Below are positions 60,480-64,000 of a stretch of DNA of 64,000 nucleotides, piece after piece; positions within the stretch are counted from its first letter, which is position 1; the number at the start of each line of letters is the position of its first letter. Under the pieces are notes generated by a model. That model made no database searches. It saw only the letters and a program-made list of their open reading frames with translations, and was not told the DNA's origin. Both the position numbers and the translations under genes were made by a program. The stretch is taken from the NCBI GenBank assembly GCA_950097015.1, contig CATNEN010000011.1, positions 2,604,001 through 2,668,000 on the forward strand, read 5' to 3'. Source of the stretch: Macrostomum hystrix. Lineage: Eukaryota; Animalia; Platyhelminthes.

Positions 60480-62420
60480 AATCCGTTCAACAATATCCTA
60501 ATCCATTCATGAACCTCCTAATCCATTCATAAATCTCCTAATCCATTCATAAATCTCCTAATCCATTCTTAAATCTCCTTATCCATTCTTAAATCTCCTT
60601 ATCCATTCTTCAATCTCCTTATCCATTCATAAATCTTCTAATCCATTCATAAATCTCCTAATCCATTCATAAATCTCCTAATCCATTCACAAACCTCATA
60701 ATCCATTCATAAATATCCTAATCCATTCATGAAACTCCTAATCCACTCATAAATCTCCTAATCCATTCATAAATCTCCTAATCCATTCATAAATCTCCTA
60801 ATCCATTCATAAATCTCCTTATCCATTCTTAAATCTCCTAATCCATTCATAAATATCCTAATCCATTCATAAATCTCCTAATCCATTCATAAATCTCCTA
60901 ATCTATTCATAAATCTCCTAATCCATTCATAAATATCCTAATCCATTCATAAATCTCCTAATCCATTCATAAATCTCCTAATCCATTCTTAAATCTCCTT
61001 ATCCATTCTTAAATCTCCTTATCCATTCTTAAATCTCCTTATCCATTCATAAATATCCTAATCCATTCATAAAACTCCTAATCCATTCATAAATATCCTT
61101 ATCCACTAACAAACCTCCTAATCCTTTCATAAACATCCAATCCATTCATAAATATCCTAATCCATTCATAAATCTCCTAATCCATTCATAAATCTCCTAA
61201 TCCATTCATAAATCTCCTAATCCATTCATAAAGCTCCTAATCCATTCATAAATCTCCTAATCCATTCATAAATCTCCTTATCCATTCACAAACCTCATAA
61301 TACATTCATAAATATCCTAATCCATTCATGAAACTCCTAATCCACTCATAAATCTCCTAATCCATTCATAAATCTCCTAATCCATTCATAAATCTCCTAA
61401 TCCATTCATAAATCTCCTAATCCATTCATAAATATCCTAATCCATTCATAAATATCCTAATCCATTCATAAATCTCCTAATCCATTCTTAAATCTCCTTA
61501 TCCATTCTTAAATCTCCTTATCCATTCTTAAATCTCCTTATCCATTCATAAATCTTCTAATCCATTCATAAATCTCCTAATCCATTCATAAATCTCCTAA
61601 TCCATTCACAAACCTCATAATCCATTCATAAATATCCTAATCCATTCATGAAACTCCTAATCCACTCATAAATCTCCTAATCCATTCATAAATCTCCTAA
61701 TCCATTCATAAATCTCATAATCCATTCATAAATCTCCTTATCCATTCTTAAATCTCCTAATCCATTCATAAATATCCTAATCCATTCATAAATCTCCTAA
61801 TCCATTCATAAATCTCCTAATCTATTCATAAATCTCCTAATCCATTCATAAATATCCTAATCCATTCATAAATCTCCTAATCCATTCATAAATCTCCTAA
61901 TCCATTCTTAAATCTCCTTATCCATTCTTAAATCTCCTTATCCATTCTTAAATCTCCTTATCCATTCATAAATATCCTAATCCATTCATAAATCTCCTAA
62001 TCCATTCATAAATATCCTTATCCATTAACAAACCTCCTAATCCTTTCATAAACATCCAATCCATTCATAAATATCCTAATCCATTCATAAATCTCCTAAT
62101 CCATTCATAAATCTCCTAATCCATTCATAAATCTCCTTATCCATTCATAAATCTCCTAATCCATTCATAAATCTCCTTATCCATTAACAAACCTCCTAAT
62201 CCTTTCATAAACATCCAATCCGTTCATAAATATCCTAATCCATTCATAAACCTCCTAATCCATTCATAAATCTCCTAATCCATTCATAAATATCCTAATC
62301 CATTCATAAACATCCAATCCGTTCATAAATATCCTAATCCATTCATGAAACTCCTAATCCATTCATAAACCTCCTAATCCATTCATAAACATCCAATCCG
62401 TTCATAAATATCCTAATCAG
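60480..62420. repeat. 20-bp minisatellite (AATCCATTCATAAATCTCCT)n, ~95 copies
   Basis: Tandem array with recurring variant blocks. Confidence 0.97.
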
Positions 62421-62782
62421 TTCATACAGTTCCCAGCCTGTTTATAACCCCCCTGTCAATTAGTTAACCTCCCAGTCAGTTCATAATCCCAGATCCTCGT
62501 TAGACCGCATCATTCGTCCTTCCCTGGTTTGAGTGCAAAACCACTAGCTGCCAAGCGCCGCTTCCTGATTAGACAGAAGTTTTGGGAGCGAACCAGCGAA
62601 CGAACACAGCCCCTTTAAAATCACTGACCAGACCAGCCAATACCAAAGGACTTGGATGTGTAAATGTCCTAGCAATCTTGGAAACTGCAGGAGCTATAAC
62701 GGAGTTTAGTCTTGCATCCAAGATTTCAATATGGCATCAAAGGCATGATCTAAATCAATCTCGAGATCTCTAGAGACATATA

Positions 62783-64000
62783 ATGCAGCATCCCAGATCC
62801 CAAATTCGCCAGGCTAATCTGAGACGGCCAAGCTCTCTGCATCTAGCCGGGCCCTCTTCGACTCCGGATCCAACCGAGGCTGCCGCAGTCAACGCTCTGG
62901 TTGACCGACTTCAGCAGTCGTCCATCGCCGCAACCAACTCGGCAGCCTGGATGCTTCTTAGAGCCACCTACTCGCCCGCTGTGCGCAAGGCCCTACTAAC
63001 AGGAGACAGGCTTCTGTCTCAGATCTGTAACCGACTTCTCCAGCTCCTACTGGTGCAGCGTCGGGAAGCGCCTCAGCTGGAAGCAGCCCGCAGCCTCATG
63101 TGCTCTCTGGCGAATTTAACCTGCGGCGACTCCGCAGCGAAGCAGAGCGTAACGCTGCACGCGGAAGGCGCATTGACGTTGGCCACGGTGGCGCAGTTGC
63201 ACGGAGCCGCAGTCAATGTAGCCCTTGGACAAGCGGCTGCCTCCCTGCTGCGCAACCTCGGCTGGCAGCCGCAGCAGGCCTCTCGGCGGTGCCTTCGAGA
63301 GGCAGGCGCCTCCGTCGCCCTCTTGCGCTTCATTCAAGAGCTGTCGACAGCAGCCGGCGCCACCGCTAGCCGACTTCAGTGTCCCCTGGCGGCGCTCTGG
63401 AATCTGACAGACTCGTCGACTGTTGCCGATGACGCTGATAAAGACGAAAATCGCTTGACAGATCTGCTAGCAATATGCGACGTACCCGACGGTGTCCGCT
63501 GCCTGTGCGAATGCCTAGCGTCGCCAGATGTTGACGTGGCCGAATCTAGCGGTGGAGTGCTTCGAAATTTGACTCCCGCATTGGCTCAGCGATGGGACCG
63601 CTTGGCTCCGGCGGTACGTCCAGCAATACCGGTTCTTGTACGAATGCTGGACATCTCATCGGCTTCAGTTTCAGGAGCGCCGGCTACCATCACCATGGCA
63701 GCCAACGCGAGCTGCCTGCTGGCCTGCATCAGCAGCCTCGCCAGGGCTCGAGATCGACGCCTTCTGACATCGCTTGGAGCCGAAGCCGCACTGCGCTGGC
63801 TCTTGAGGATCACGCATCATCGCAGCATCCGCCAGGACTGTCGTGCAGCTCTTAGCAGCCTGGCATCCACTGCAGTATCGCCTGCAGCGAGCCAACCATT
63901 GTCGCCGTCCTCGTTGTCTTCGCTGCGACCAGTGTCTTCGATTGCATCAGATCGTGAGTTGTCGCCGTTGGTTGAAGAAGAGCTCGATTCTGCCATCGAT
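62783..64000 (+). CDS. APC: APC-like armadillo-repeat protein, 3'-truncated by the window end
   Basis: 406 open codons (absent from the ORF track because there is no stop). Motifs LANLTCGDSAAK, ASLLRNLGW, LREAGASVAL, AALWNLT, ICDVPDGV and ESSGGVLRNLT parallel APC LTNLTFGD..NK, ASVLRNLSW, LRE.GSV.AL, SALWNLS, ICAVDGAL and ESGGGILRNVS. Confidence 0.8.
   Translation, partial: MQHPRSQIRQANLRRPSSLHLAGPSSTPDPTEAAAVNALVDRLQQSSIAATNSAAWMLLRATYSPAVRKALLTGDRLLSQICNRLLQLLLVQRREAPQLEAARSLMCSLANLTCGDSAAKQSVTLHAEGALTLATVAQLHGAAVNVALGQAAASLLRNLGWQPQQASRRCLREAGASVALLRFIQELSTAAGATASRLQCPLAALWNLTDSSTVADDADKDENRLTDLLAICDVPDGVRCLCECLASPDVDVAESSGGVLRNLTPALAQRWDRLAPAVRPAIPVLVRMLDISSASVSGAPATITMAANASCLLACISSLARARDRRLLTSLGAEAALRWLLRITHHRSIRQDCRAALSSLASTAVSPAASQPLSPSSLSSLRPVSSIASDRELSPLVEEELDSAID

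Overview
Eukaryotic (metazoan, invertebrate-type) genomic DNA. It has spliceosomal GT-AG introns, tRNA-derived SINEs, non-LTR retrotransposons, DNA transposons and very abundant intronic minisatellites; a free-living flatworm such as Macrostomum is my inference, not something the sequence proves. There are no prokaryotic features, CRISPR arrays, rRNA or convincing tRNA genes. Genes: a small hypothetical gene (minus, ~151-564); a coiled-coil gene (minus, 2150-3720); an orphan intronless ORF (13741-14385); two tandem 5-exon, double-domain C-type lectin genes (minus, 15874-19103 and 22862-25182); a Sulfotransfer_4-type sulfotransferase (29726-32606); a strongly divergent SLC1/EAAT-family transporter (minus, 35237-54269); an isolated extra SLC1 HP2 exon; and an APC-like armadillo ORF running off the right end. 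The SLC1 gene has a ~14.9 kb intron filled by a 16-bp satellite into which a full-length LOA/R1-type APE-RT-RNase H LINE has inserted. Other mobile DNA: a decayed spliced MULE with SWIM, Ulp1-protease and PHD domains, a deleted RTE LINE, a long-TIR Tc1/IS630-like element, hAT-like MITEs with 8-bp TSDs and two SINE families. Many long ORFs in the supplied track are artefacts of tandem repeats. All exon boundaries and alignments were read by eye and need computational confirmation.
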